From Octopus sinensis (Eukaryota), in contig NC_043000.1 of assembly GCF_006345805.1 (NCBI RefSeq), forward strand, positions 34,472,001 to 34,536,000: 64,000 nt of DNA, given 5' to 3'. The notes beneath the pieces are model-generated. The model was not told the DNA's origin and did no database searches. It was given only the letters and a program-made list of their open reading frames with translations. Of this stretch, positions 27,480-41,497 are shown one piece after another. The translations under genes and the position numbers were made by a program. Positions within the stretch are counted from its first letter, which is position 1; every line of letters starts with the position of its first letter.

Positions 27480-28130
27480 CTCACCATTCCTAAAACCATC
27501 TCAGCTGCTGGAAACTTAGTGTGCATCACTCTAGGGACATCAGAAGGATCGACGCGCAAACATCTGTCATTTCTTCCGTTAGATTTTTGGGTTTTGATCG
27601 ACGTTTTTCACACCAGAAAGTAACCGAACATGCCACCATGCTCGTGGGGGTTTTTAACCTCGTTAAGTAACCACTTGGCATGGATCACATGGTTTTTCTG
27701 TCTTTGCAGACATGAGTTGACTTTTCCTCCATGCATATGACTTGAATGTCTGTGTACACCACAGTTCTGATCGACCACTCTGACACCTGAAGTCCTTCGG
27801 TGAGGGTCTTCATTGATTTTCCAGTATCGTTATCGATTATGCTTCGAATCCGTTGAATGTTTAGTAATGTCCTTACGGTGTCCGAACGTTTAGAATGTTT
27901 TCTTCTCTTCGCTACAGCTGAAACATTCCCTTCACAAGCTTCTAATTCCATCCGAACTTTGAGTACAAAAATGTCCAGCAACATTTAGACAGTTGGCAAT
28001 TTCCAAATCATTATCCGGCGAATATGGCAACCATGAATGCATGTCTTCTTGTGTTTAACATTTTATCTTCCATGAGCGATTTGAAAGAAATAAAATCCTT
28101 TTAATTAGTTTGAAGACCATTACGCTGATA
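27480..28130 (-). mobile_element. Tc1/mariner-family transposase remnant
   Basis: KRRKHSKRSDTVRT...IDNDTGKSMKTL...LQVSEWSIRTVV HTH-like region. Confidence 0.6.
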
Positions 28131-28739
28131 ATTAAGTGTCTTCGTATTCATCGTGCACCATGTATATTTGTATGTATGTCGGTAAGTATGTCCGTATGTA
28201 TGTATGTATGTATGTATGTATGTATGTATGTATGTATGTATGTATGTATGTATGTATGTATGTATGCATGCATGTGTATGTATTTATGTCTGCATATATG
28301 TATATATACATGTGTGTGTGTGAGTGTGTGTGTAAGTAGGCAGATACCTAATCATATGCCTGTATGCATGAATATCTTATCTTCGTTGTCGTTCTTATTT
28401 GTTATAATGAATTCTTCCTAAAAGGCAGCAGCTGGTTTCTAACAAAGAAACCAAGTTCCTTTCCTGAAATTTCGATAACAACAGCATAAATGTTGCATGC
28501 TAAACCTTAGAAATGTCGTGCATATTTTTACTGCTCCGCTTACAGATTGTATATATAAAATGTGTATTAACCAGTCATTTTCTTTGCCTCAAAAAACCCT
28601 AGCGTATCCAGATGGTCACTGGGTCTAAAATAGTCCAGTGCACCAATAATTATTGATGTAAATGTGAATTTATAGTGAGGATAGGTTAGTCCACATGAGA
28701 CTGCAAGCAGCATAGGACCGTTTTCAGGTATCTGTGGCG

Positions 28740-29625
28740 TATTGTACAACACTCTTCCACGTATCTGGTAGACTTGCCAAGCCCCTCTTCCAAAATTCAC
28801 TTGTCTGGGATGAAAAGTATTCCTCCACTACTTTTCTGACCTTGTCTACAGAATTCATAGTTTTTCCATGCAAAGGATTTTGAAGACTGGGGAATAAATG
28901 ATAATCAGCTGGGGCAATGTCTCGCAAATATGGTGGGTGGGACATCATTTCCCATTCAAACTGTTCCACCCTTTGGAATGTCATCCTCACTGTATGTGGC
29001 CGAGCATTATCCTGATGGAAGAAAACCTTTCGTCCTGAAACCAAAGATGGTCGTTTTCCTTCTAATGTTGACTAAAGCCACTCAAGCTGCTCGCAGTAGA
29101 TCTCCTTTGTTATCTTTTGGTTCGAGTTTAAAAGTTGAAAGTGGACTAAACCTTTCATCTCCCACCAAACAGATAACAACACCTTATGTGAGTGAAGACC
29201 TTTAGCCTGGGGTGCTGGTGTTTCTCCTCTCCCTGTCTTCGGCGCTTGACATTTCTCTAGAGAACCCATTTCTAGGTTGTAGTTTCCGGCTCAGAATTTC
29301 TGGAACCACCATTGATATTAGCTGATGCTTATTGTCCGATCCCCATATACTGCATTAATATTCCTCGCACTTTTGCATTGTTGCCTTTATTGAACTTATA
29401 AAGCAAAATATGCCAAATATGCTCCTTTGTCACTCCCATCGTAGCTTTGAAAAAAAAAACTATTGAAATCAAACTGCACCCATAAAAACTTGCACTAACA
29501 ATAAGGACAAGGTAAAATTACTACCTGCTTTCATAGCAAATTGATGCAGGTAGTTTATCCCGTCCCCCTCCTACTTTTAGTTTATGCAATTGAAAAAAAA
29601 CGCATTATTTATGGGATGACCCAGT
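28740..29625 (-). mobile_element. Mariner element nested in an R4/Dong RLE remnant (28400-28735 and 29810-30070)
   Basis: KVLLSVWW, HQDNARPHT, HPPYLRDIAPADYHLF. TIR-like TActgggtcatcccataaataatgcg at the 5' end. Confidence 0.88.
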
Positions 29626-32119
29626 ATATTCTTCCCTGGACGAGACGCCGTTCCGCCGCTGGATTATTCAATTTTACCAGCTGAGTGGGCGAAAGCAACG
29701 TGAAATGAAGTGTTTTGCTTAAGAACACAACACATCATCCAGTCCAGGAATCGTAATCACAATCTTACACTGATGAGTCCAACACCCAAACCACAAACCA
29801 TTCGCCTCTACATAATCAGGGTAGAGAAGCCGCATATTTCGTTGGCGTTAACATCTGCAGCACAGATGGTCTCTATGACGCTGTAAAATGTTTTTCTCTT
29901 CCAAATAACTATGTCGGGCCAGTTTGCCTTTCGTAGACGTTTTGATGAGAATGATCTGTTAATACTCTTTGTGTTGAGATGTATTAATAACAGAGACATT
30001 ATCCTACATTGATCTCTGTGCACTGGCTCCTGTGGATTGCTGTATGTATGTTGTTTTAGCAACATTTAGTCGTGGTAGGAAATAGTTCCTTGATAACGTT
30101 TTAGGTCAACTGTTGATCACGTGATGCGTCTTGCGCAGAAATGTAACATGATCGACACCCGCAGTCACATGCGCAGGGTTTACTGTCTCTTTTATTCAGG
30201 ACGCATTTTGAAACTGTTACCTGCTCTTCCATTCTAAAAGCACAACCTTCGAAATGTGACGTCATGTAGGAGTCAGAAGTCCAGGACAGGCCGAGCGGGT
30301 CTTCATGACTGCTGTATTGATCGACATTCATTTACCCGTCCGTTCAAGTATCCGTTCAAGATAAATCTTTGTGTTTGTGTGTGTGTGAATATGGACCAGT
30401 ATTCCACGAAAGAAATGAAAATGAACCTCCCAACCATCCTCTCTCGTTTCCACGTTGTTTGCCAAAACAGAAAAATAATTCTAACATTCTTTTGTTCTTT
30501 AATTCTGTCGTTCTTACACATTTTCCCCTTCATCAATAAAAGAAGGCCGAAATCGTCAACTTTTTTCAGGAGCTCTTTTTAGAAATCTAGAGAAATCGCA
30601 GAGTAAAATAGCAGCTGGTGAACATTATTTATTGCAGACATTAAAGAGAGAAAAATTGTCAAGAGAAAGGGTTAGGGGTAACTTAGTCAAGAGTCCGTCT
30701 TGTAGTTTGATAGGTTCTGCATGTGACGTGTGACACGTGACATGTAACAGGTGTTGTTCGAAGTAAATCTACATAGGACAATCCTCAATTGAGGGATTAC
30801 TACGGGCAGAAACCCCTAATGGTTTTGTGATTAAGAATTTTACTTCACAACCACATAGTTCGGAGTCCGATCCCACTGCTCGGCACCTTAGATAGATGTC
30901 CTCTATCTTGGACTTTAGTTGACCAATTCCTTTTGAAGTGGTTGCAATTTGTTAGATGCAATTTGTCGTATGTGGGTGCATACATCTTTCACTGATATAT
31001 ATCGGGGAGAAAACTAAAAGAAAAAATGCTTTAAGAAGAATATTCCTTGATATATTTGTTCTACATTGATTTACAAATACTCCCTTGTCACTACCAGGCA
31101 CGGTAAATCAGTAATTGGTTCATTAAAACCTACACTCAAAACACGTTATTGGTCACAAACTGCAGCATAAAATCGAAACAGCTATTATTTTGGTCAGATC
31201 AATCGTAGAACAGCAAAATGTTTGATGAGGTCCAATTTATTGATTCTATAACCTCTACAAGTTGATTTTCGATAAATCAATTTCGCAGAAAGCTTTACCT
31301 AAGAATATCTCAGCAGAGAACTACACCTTTATTAGTTTTACCGTCTCATCCTTCCGATATGATTAACTTGGATCAAACAGTTACAGCAATACAGAAGGGG
31401 GTCACCAAAAACGCAATACCGTGTAAAGTGACGTTTCTGGTGTACTGCAAGCTTGCAGTTATTCTTGACGCAGACAACAGCCAACACTCGTTTCTCCGTT
31501 ATAGTCAATAAAACAGACCAGCAGAAACGATGAAATGTCAGAAGTGTTGGTATCTAAATTAAAACTTTTTCAAAATAACATTAAACGTATAAAATGTTGT
31601 ACAACTTTCTTCTCTCTTCGTTAAAATGTCTATGAAAACCAAACAGGAGAGAATTTTCGGAATGGGGTTTGAGTTTTCCTTCCTGCATATATAATTAAAG
31701 CCAACTCACCAATATTTATCTCCATTTTCTCGTATTAGCAGCTGGTTACAGATTGACATACTCTTCCTGTTCAACCATTGCAAAGTAGTTCCGATTTAAA
31801 CTTTGTTAAGTTTTGCCTATTTCCATATTTTCGCAGTCGAACAGATTTCACTTTCAGTTTTTCTTATTTTCAACCATTTTAAACCGATATGTGTGTCATG
31901 GCTGGAGATGACATTGGTCTAAAACCATTTTAGAAAAACATATTTAAAATATTCTCAAGACAGTATTGGAAGCTTCACACAGTTTCTCCGACAATTTACA
32001 TTACTGACCTCTACTTACTACATTATTATGTTTTTGTGCAACTTTTCTTTCGTGTGGTGTAACTCGTCCTTCGATATTGTCCTCCATGTCTTGATTCCTT
32101 GTGGCCAATAAAAGAAATA

Positions 32120-32178
<59 letters not shown>

Positions 32179-32715
32179 GTGAGTGAGTGAGAGCCGCGCA
32201 TGCCATCAAAGAGACACTGGGGTAGAAATATATGAAGCCCAATATACTCACCATGGCTACTCGTTTGATAAGGATACACCAGGCACATGCATCACAACCA
32301 TATGTGTGCGATATGGTGATCTCATATCATAAACAACGCATGATCCTCCCAATTAGAATTTTCTTCAGGTTGAGTAGCTCATCCCGCTCAAAAGGTCCCT
32401 GAATAAGGGTTGTTTAAGGATGTTGAACGAAACACCCGTGCTTCCAGAGGTGAATTATCCAACCCTCAAAGAATTCCTCTCAGCACATAGCTATGATACT
32501 CCCCCACTACTTCTGCTCGAGATCGGAGATGCACATATCGTCAGCCACTAAGGGACATGGTCAACTGGTTAAGGTCAAACAACTGACAAGCAAATCTGTG
32601 GTATTGAGCAGAATATTTGCTGTAGTTCATCTTTTATACCAAGACAAAACAATGTACATGATAACTCTTCTAATCAGTTAGAATGAGAAGCCATGAGAGC
32701 CACTGCCTGGTACTG

Positions 32716-32742
32716 CATCATCATCATCATCATCATCATCAC

Positions 32743-32787
<45 letters not shown>

Positions 32788-32952
32788 CTTATTATTATTG
32801 TTGTTGTTGTTATTATCATTATTATTATTATTATTATTATTTTATTATTATTATTATTATTGTTGTTGTTGTTGTTGTTATTATCATTATTACTATTATT
32901 ATTATTATTATTTTTTTTTTTTATTATTATTGTTGTTGTTGTTATTATTATT

Positions 32953-32987
<35 letters not shown>

Positions 32988-33016
32988 TATCATTATTATT
33001 ATTATTATCATCATCA

Positions 33017-33052
<36 letters not shown>

Positions 33053-33110
33053 TATTATTATTATTATTATCATTATTATTACTATCAACATCATCATCAT
33101 CATCATTATT
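32716..33110. repeat. Compound (ATC/ATT/GTT)n microsatellite, representative of dozens of simple-repeat tracts in the window
   Basis: Direct reading. Confidence 0.95.
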
Positions 33111-34125
33111 TTTGAGGAGGTGAGCTGGTAGAATCGCTGGGCGAAATGTTTTGCGGCATTTCGTCCGGATTACGTTCTGAGCTCAAATTCCACTTAGGTC
33201 AACTTTGCCTTTCATCCTTTCGGGGTCGATAAAATAAGTACCAGTTGAGTACTGGGGTCTATGTAATCAACTTATCAGGCCTCCCGAAATTGCTAGCCTT
33301 GTGACAAAATTTGAAACTATTATTTTTATTACTATTGTTGTTGCTGTTGTTGTAGTCGTCGTCGTCGTCATTGCTGTTATTGTTGTTGTTGTCGTCGTTG
33401 TTGCTGCTGTTGTTGTCGTTGTTGTTGTTGTTGTCATTAACTCATCCCAGATTTCAGGTGTTAATTAGATGAGTCAGAAAGCATATAAATGTTTGTAACT
33501 AACAAGGAAATGAGAGAAACGAGACAAAATGGAAAAAGTGATGAAAAACTATGTTGGATCCGAAGAGGAGGGAGAAGAGGAGGAAGAAGAGGAGGGAGAA
33601 AAGGAGGGAGAAGAGGAGGGAGAAGAGGAAGGGAAGCCATAACATGGAGGCTTTTTTTGTTGTTTGTTAATTTTCCATTTGTAGGACGAAACACATGGTT
33701 ACGTGTTGTCACGACACGCTATACTAACACACACACACACGCACACACACTCACACACATACGTACGCACGCAAACACGCACGCACACATACGTAGACAT
33801 AAATACACACATATGCACACACACACACACACACACACACATACATACATACACACTCACACACGTACGCACGCACGCACGCAAACACGCACGCACACAT
33901 ACATAAACATAAATACACACATGCACACAGATGCACACACAAAGAACATACACACACATGCACATACACACGCACTCACGCACACAGGCACGCACGCAAA
34001 CGCACGCACATATACGTAGACATAAATACACACGTGCACGCAGACACACGCACACATACATGCACATAAATACACACAAACGCATCAAGGCAAACACAAA
34101 CAGGCACACATACGTACACACAAAT

Positions 34126-34156
<31 letters not shown>

Positions 34157-35244
34157 GAGCATACACATACAAACACACACATACTATATTCCTTCCTTCA
34201 AACCTACAATTACTGCATTTACCAAACTGATGTGTAATTATGTAAACAACCACATCACGTGATATCACAACTCTGAAAAATTAAGTGACGCCATAATGAC
34301 ACGAATTTCATTGAGCGAAGTCGATGCAGACCCTCATCCTGGATGGACCAGAGTCGGTTTGTTTCCTGTTGGACAAGATTTCTCGATGGAAGAACCAGAA
34401 ATTAAACAAACAACACAAGACGTTTCTGTTTGGTAATGTCTAAATAATCTCCCCAAATGAACATTACCTCATCATTGTCTCTATTTACATTAATCAACCA
34501 TACCTCCTTCACTATAGCTATTTGTGTTAATTAACCATACCTTCCCACACTCTTTATTTACACTAATGAGCCATACCTATCCTCTGTCTCTATTTACACT
34601 AATGGGCCACTAATACGTTTATATAAGCGCATATGTGCTTCTTCCTTTACGGAATTTAAGTTGAAAGTTGCATATATGTCAAGACAAATCTTAAGTTCTT
34701 CTGAATTGACTAGTGTGTGTACGTGCGTGTGGATAAAATTACACTGCTATGCAAATTCTTCTCTGCTTTCACCGTTTCGTTTTGGTTGAACACTTTTTCA
34801 TGGACGACATCTTTCTTATCCCTCCAAATACGGAGCATAACTTTTTTCACGTGTAGTCCGAGTTTGGACTACATTAGGTGACAACCATTGTCGTTTTCAT
34901 TGGATTTGATAATAGAGAGCCCACTTTTCATCGCTTGTGATGATTCTTCACAGTAAAGGTTCGGCAGCAAATCTACTCTTCAATGAAGAGGAGCGAACAA
35001 CTCTTTCATTAAGAAGCTGTCAGATGATGAGTATCCTACTCACCAAATTTAGACACTTTTCCCAAGTTCACGAAAGTAGTCGTTGGAGTGGCTGTGTGGT
35101 AAGTAGCTTGCTTATCAACCCCATGGTTCCGAGTTCAGTCAATCCCCCTGCGTGGCACCTTGAGCAAGTGTCTTCTACTATAGCCTCGGGCCGACCAAAG
35201 CTTTGTGAGTGGATTTGGTTGACGGAAACTGAAAGAAACACGTC

Positions 35245-35308
<64 letters not shown>

Positions 35309-35312
<4 letters not shown>

Positions 35313-35992
35313 TAATTGTTATCGCCATATTAATATGGCATTCTTATAGATATAAGAATAATCGCTGCCATGGTGAGCTCCATGAGGCCACCGCCATCAA
35401 GATAGCTATTGATACACGATCTGTATCCATTATAACCTTCGAACAAGGGAGGTCAGCCGCTTCACACTGTGTATCAATAGCTATCTTGATGGCGGTGGCC
35501 TCATGGAGCTGACCATGGCAGCGATTATTCTTATATCTATAAGAATGCCATATTAATATGGCGATAACAATTAATTTCCAGTAAACGCTGCCGTAATCTC
35601 TTTTATAGAGACTTAGTAATTTTAATATTTCTATTATTGAAAACAAGTGGATGTATTCCACTGAAACTAGGTAAATAGAAGCCTTCGAACAGAGACGTCA
35701 GTGGCGACACCTGCGGGTCTGACTGCGCTACATTGACAAGGGGCAATACCCCGAAACGCGTCTGTAGCTGTCGGACTGGCAGTGTGAAGCGGCTGACCTC
35801 CCTTGTTCGAAGATTATAATGGATACAGATCGTGTATCAATAGCTATCTTGATGGCGGTGGCCTCATGGAGCTGACCATGGCAGCGATTATTCTTATATC
35901 TATAAGAATGCCATATTAATATGGCGATAACAATTATTTCCAGTAAACGCTGCCGTAATCTCTTTTATAGAGACTTAGTAATTTTAATATTT
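35309..35992 (+). mobile_element. Retrozyme / non-autonomous Penelope-like element: 5' inverted segment plus ~1.45 copies of a 363-nt unit
   Basis: 35469-35630 is repeated at 35832-35992. 35309-35469 is the reverse complement of ~35780-35938. Central HHR, (TA)n on both sides. Confidence 0.8.
35717..35776 (+). ncRNA. Extended type I hammerhead ribozyme with U3-A8 core variant (family B)
   Basis: GTCTGAC-tgc-GCTACA-TTGACAA-GGGG-CAATA-CCCC-GAAA-CGCG-TC-TGTAGC-t-GTCGGAC. Stems I/II/III pair and the cleavage triplet is GUC (35762/35763). Confidence 0.85.
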
Positions 35993-36015
35993 ATTTATAT
36001 ATATATATATATATC

Positions 36016-36149
<134 letters not shown>

Positions 36150-36554
36150 ATATATGTATGTATTATGTATGTATGTATGTATGTATGTATGTATGTATGT
36201 ATGTATGTATGTATGTATGTATGTATGTATGTATGTATGTATGTATGTATGTATGTATGTATGTATGTATGTATGTATGTATGTATGTATGTATGTATGT
36301 ATGTATGTATGTATGTATGTATGTATGTATGTATGTGTGTGTGTGTTTGTGTGTCTATGTTTGTTCCCCCAACATCGCTTGAGAACCGATGCTGGCTGTT
36401 TACGTCCCCGTAACTTAGCGGTTCGGTAAATAAGGTCGATAGAATAAGTACTAGGCTTACAAAGAATAAGTTCTAGGGTCGATTTGCTCTACTAAAGGCG
36501 GTGCTCCAGCATGGCCACAGTCAAATGACTGAAACGAGTAAAAGAGAAAGTATT

Positions 36555-37020
36555 TTACGATCGAAGTGTGACTTGAATTGAACTGTTTTGCTGATTCTCG
36601 TGCAGTCTTTGAATTTTCTTCAACTACGGTTTCCAGAAGCTCAATATTGACAGAACTTTGTCGTTCAGATAGTTTGGGCGGGGGGATCTCTTGAGCGAAA
36701 CTGGCCAAACCATCTTTTGCCTGTCCGGACACTTAAAGCTTCATTTCTATAGACATAACGAATATTTTTTGACAATTTCATTGATGAAGAACTCCTTTTA
36801 GAATCACACAGCAAACACTGTCAGATATGGATCTGATTTAAACTTATTTTAAAAGTGTAAAATTCTTAGGGATTTAACCACGTTCGCATAAAGTAATCTG
36901 CTAAGAAAGAAAAAGAAAAACAGTAAAATATACAACTTAAGGATTGTTTTACTCTTAAGTATTAAAAAAGACCCTTAAAGTGATCAAGTAAAAAATGCAA
37001 CAGGACCTTATTTCCCAACA
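36555..37020 (-). mobile_element. Mariner 5' remnant
   Basis: LLETVVEENSKTARESAKQFNSSHTSI second-HTH-like segment. Confidence 0.55.
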
Positions 37021-37787
37021 AATATGTGTGTGTGTATGTGTTCCTTTATATTCCGCCTATTCCACTGAATGTAGTGCTGGTCAGATCAAAGTGTGTCCAA
37101 TAAATGAAAGTAAAACAGTGCCTGTTCTGACAACTATTCTGAATGGACAGGTTTTAAAACGGACGGTAATTTAAGTCGAGAGAAAGAACAGGTTTCAAGT
37201 GACAACACTTAACCAAAGCAAGGAACTAATTCAATTTACCAAAACCCAATTATATGTGTATAACAGGATGTTGTCGTTGCATGTAGTCGGGGTATCACGG
37301 TCGGGGTATCACGTCGGGGTACCACGCACATCTGTGACGATGAAATACTGCCACTTCTACAGTTTCTATGTTCATGAAGATACGTGAGTAACTTTTGCAG
37401 AGCTGGCAGCAATCATGCTTCTCTGGTCGCCCAGTTGGAACCCTTAAAGAAGAATTATCAAAGAAGTGACCCTATTCGGACACCAGTTGGCTTCCACCCC
37501 TACATATGTTTGCATGTGTGCATATATATATGTGTGTATGTCTATGTGTGACTAGACTCCACAAACAATAAAGAGGTCCTTAAAAGATAGAAATATTCCA
37601 TTGCTGTCTCTTTCTGTTTCACATTCCTAAGAATCACTGTTATATTGTGTGACCCCAGACCAGCCCTGATCCTCCAGTTTTCCCTATTCCTCAAGTGTCC
37701 ACAGTTCTCTCCCTTGAGTCACCTCATTCCTTTGAATTTCAGTCTATTACTCTTAAGAGAAACATTACTCTCACTCTCACGCTCACT

Positions 37788-37855
<68 letters not shown>

Positions 37856-39119
37856 ATATATATATATATATAGGAAAGGAAAAATTATAAGGCAGAATGC
37901 TAAATTGAAAGTAAATTTTAATAAAAATGGGTGTATGAAAAATTAAAAAAGAAAAACTTAATAAATCAAGCCGGTTTTAATTGCAAGGTAAATTTTCAAG
38001 ATTTGGAAGGGGAAAAATTTTTTTTTTTAAATTGAGGAAGGGGAAAAAGAAATTTACAATGTTTTTTCAAAAACATAATAATAAATATATGCAAAAATTA
38101 ATAAATAAGTATACCGATACGTTGTAGAGTTTTTATGCTTTTAGGGTTCAGTAATAGTCCTTGGAAAAACTTCTTTGGAGGATTAGGATCCATGTGTTTT
38201 AAATGTAGTGTATATTTTGAAAAAATATATATATTTATATATATATATGCCACGGTCTGCTCTATCTCTTTCACTTCTTTCTACTTCCTCCAACTGTTCA
38301 TCTTTTAATTTTTGAATACACACATACACATACACACACACACGCACACACCTATTTTCCACAACACACGTCCAAACAAAGTAGCACATTCGCAACCGCT
38401 TCACCTTCCAGAAAGAGCAGTCAAATCCCTTTAAATCATACCCAATCGTATTAAAAAACAAAGGTACACTGGATTATATAGTCCTAGATACAAAGGCGAG
38501 ATGGTCACACCAGAACGCCTTTGATCACATGTTTGCTTGATCTTGGATTACCCGGAGCTAAGTTGTATCATAGTTTATTATGACCAATATTAAGATATCA
38601 TTCTGTTCGTGCGATCTGGCTGCGCTGTTTTGTCCGTGCGTTACGTCAAGGGAGATAATGACTCAAATGGAGAAAGGTATATATATACAGAGAGAGAGGG
38701 GGGAGAAGAGGAGACAAAGAGAGAGACGAAAATAGTGGAATCAGTGAAAGAATAGAAAATGAAAACAGGAGAGAAAGAGAGAGCTGTGGAGGGAAGTGGG
38801 GAGGTGTATAGTATTCTGGTTGTATTCTTTTCAAATCGTGGGTCCGATCGAATTGCTTAACATTATGAAACAATGTTATGAAGATCGATAATTTTATGCA
38901 TTAAATAATATTTCGGTAAATTGAAGTGAAACTGCTTTAGTTAGCAAATAGCCTGTTGTGCTTTCATCTTTTACGTGTTCCAGACGAAAGGCTGTGGCCA
39001 TACTGGGGCACCACCATGATTCTATTATTTATTTATTTATTTTTGAGGCAGGCTTAAATGGTCATTTGTATTATGAGAGTAGACAGAAATTTACATCGGC
39101 AGAAGGGAGACATTCCAAG

Positions 39120-39534
39120 GCGGCGAGCTGGCAGAAACGTTAGCACGCCGGATGAAATACATAGCGGTATTTCGTCTGCCGCTACGTTCTGAGTTCAAAT
39201 ACCGCCGAGGTCAACTTTGCTTTTCATCCTTTCGGGGTCGATTAAATAAGTACCAGTTACGCACTGGGGTCTATATAATCGACTTAATCCGTTTGTCTGT
39301 CCTTGTTTGTCCTCTCTGTGTTTAACCCCTCTGTGGGTAGTAAAGAAATAGGTATTTCGTCTGCCGTTGCGTTCTGAGCTCATATTCCGCCGAGGTCGAC
39401 TTTGCCTTTCTTCCTTTCGTGGTCGATTAAATAAGTACCAGTTACACACTGGGGTCGATATAATCGACTTAATCGGTTTGTCTGTCCTTGTTTGTCCCTT
39501 CTCTGTGTAGCCCCTTGTGGGCAATAAAGAAATA
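39120..39534 (+). mobile_element. Dimeric Nin-type SINE inside one 19-bp TSD
   Basis: TSD agaagggagacattccaag at 39101-39119 and 39535-39553. Confidence 0.85.
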
Positions 39535-39639
39535 AGAAGGGAGACATTCCAAGTAGAGTCTTTAAGAAAAGTGAAACCTAAATGACAACGACTAAAAGAC
39601 TGGAGAACGATGTCGAACACGGATGCAAGAATATCATGT

Positions 39640-40300
39640 TGTGGTTAATGGAAGGAAATCTTTTTTTGCCGAGTTGAAAATGACGATTGAATTCCTGAAG
39701 GGGTATCAAACCGAAAGGAAAGGTTTGCATCTGATTGGATTAACCTGACTTCCCATTCAAGCAATAAAATGTCAGCCACAAAGGTGGCAAAGTTAGGCTT
39801 TATATCATCCAGAAGATCATTTATAAAAACTAACAAAATCTGACCAAGAATAAAATCTTGAAGAACACCGGATGAGAAGAAATAAATGGAAGAATGATGG
39901 CCATTTAAAACTACTTGAATTTTATGTTGATTTTTGAATAGTGAAAATCTCTCCAGAAATTCCATTAGACCTGTTGAAGAGACCAAATCCTATAAAATTA
40001 AATATGTCAAGAACAACACTACTTACTCCACCATTATTATCTCGATTAAAACAGAACCATTAAATTATCCGAGGCAGGAAATCTGAAGTAAAGCAGGGAA
40101 TATGGAAAATAAATGGATTCACGTTGCAAGACAGATTAAAAGCACAAAGACATCGTCAACGTTAAAGAGAAAAGGTGAATAGGAGGATTGTTACGAGAAT
40201 CAGAATATTGACAAGAGTTTTTGAAAACAGGAATAACAAAGGCAAATTTCCTGCTTGAAAAGAAGAGTCAGCAAAATAATGATTGCGGAGTTAAGACAGA
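39640..40300 (-). mobile_element. Highly decayed CR1/Jockey-type RT
   Basis: QVVLNG...SGVLQDFILGQILLVFINDL...FVADI. Confidence 0.6.
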
Positions 40301-40305
40301 AAAAA

Positions 40306-40365
40306 GTTCGCAGCGACGTCGCTTTTTGATCCTTCGATGTCGGCTCTTCTTATCATTGCGAAGCA
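40306..40365 (+). pseudogene. 60-nt 28S rRNA fragment (domain V, peptidyl-transferase region)
   Basis: AGCGACGTCGCTTTTTGATCCTTCGATGTCGGCTCTTC(T)TATCATTGCGAAGCA matches conserved eukaryotic LSU rRNA from memory. Confidence 0.85.
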
Positions 40366-41111
40366 ATAACAAGGACTGTATGAGGAGCAGAAACTGAGTT
40401 TTGTCAGTCTCTCGGATCCGGAGATAAAACTTCCAGAGACCTAAAAATGGAATATTGTCTTAGTTCCTCTGAAAGTTGTTCTGCATTATTTACACTGCAC
40501 AAGCTAAGCTACTCACGCTTTCATCCCTACGACCACAGCTTCTCTTCAGTTTCCTTATTGTCTTACATTGTTCAACTGACAAGCCATGCATCTCTCCTCT
40601 CCTCCTGTCACTTGTACCGCTACTACAGTGGCCTTTGTTCCACGGAAGTAAACTAGTGTAATGCATCTCTCTCTATCCTGCTTCCCCAGAATTGTACCCC
40701 TCTGGTATTCCCTTTCAGGTAGCTCAACATCACTGCCCTCGTGCCTCTGGTGGTGAGGATGATGGTGGTGGAAGGGAGGGTGATGTTAAGGTCACTGACA
40801 AAGTCCTGACCCCTTTTCACTGATTTGAAACAACAACAACAACACCAATACCATTAGCAAAAGACTAACAACAACAACAACAGTTAAACCTGCTGCTACA
40901 ACAACAACCGTAACAACATAAGCTACAACAACAACAAAAACAATAGTAGCAACAACAACAACGAGAATAACAACTACGAAACAGCAACAGTCACAATAAT
41001 AACAACAATAACAATAACAACAAGAGACAGACCCTAAAATGTCTGCTGAATTCCAGCTTTAATGTTTGTGTTGCCAAAACTGCAAAGACAACCATCATGG
41101 TTCTGTAAACA

Positions 41112-41144
<33 letters not shown>

Positions 41145-41466
41145 TGTGTGTGTGTGTGTGCGTGCGTGTGCGCGCATATGTGTGTGTGTGTGTGCGCGTG
41201 CGTGTGCATATGTGTGTGTGTGTGTGTGATGGTGGGAGGGAGAAGGGGGGGTCTTGACGCCACACCGATTGTCATAACAATCTTGTGATTCACCTATATT
41301 TCAACAGAACTAGTGGAGATGATGGTGGCGGTGGTGGTGGAGGTGATGGTGGTAGTGGTGGTGGTGGTGGTGGCGTTGGTGGAGAGATAATAGGTAGATG
41401 GAGGTGGTAAAGGTGGTCTGGATATGGAAGTGTGTATGTATATGTATGGATGCATATACACACATA

Positions 41467-41497
<31 letters not shown>

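Noticed and set aside
37286-37327. Three short gtcggggta(t/c)cacg repeats as a CRISPR-like array
   Set aside because: No spacers; ordinary local tandem duplication in eukaryotic DNA
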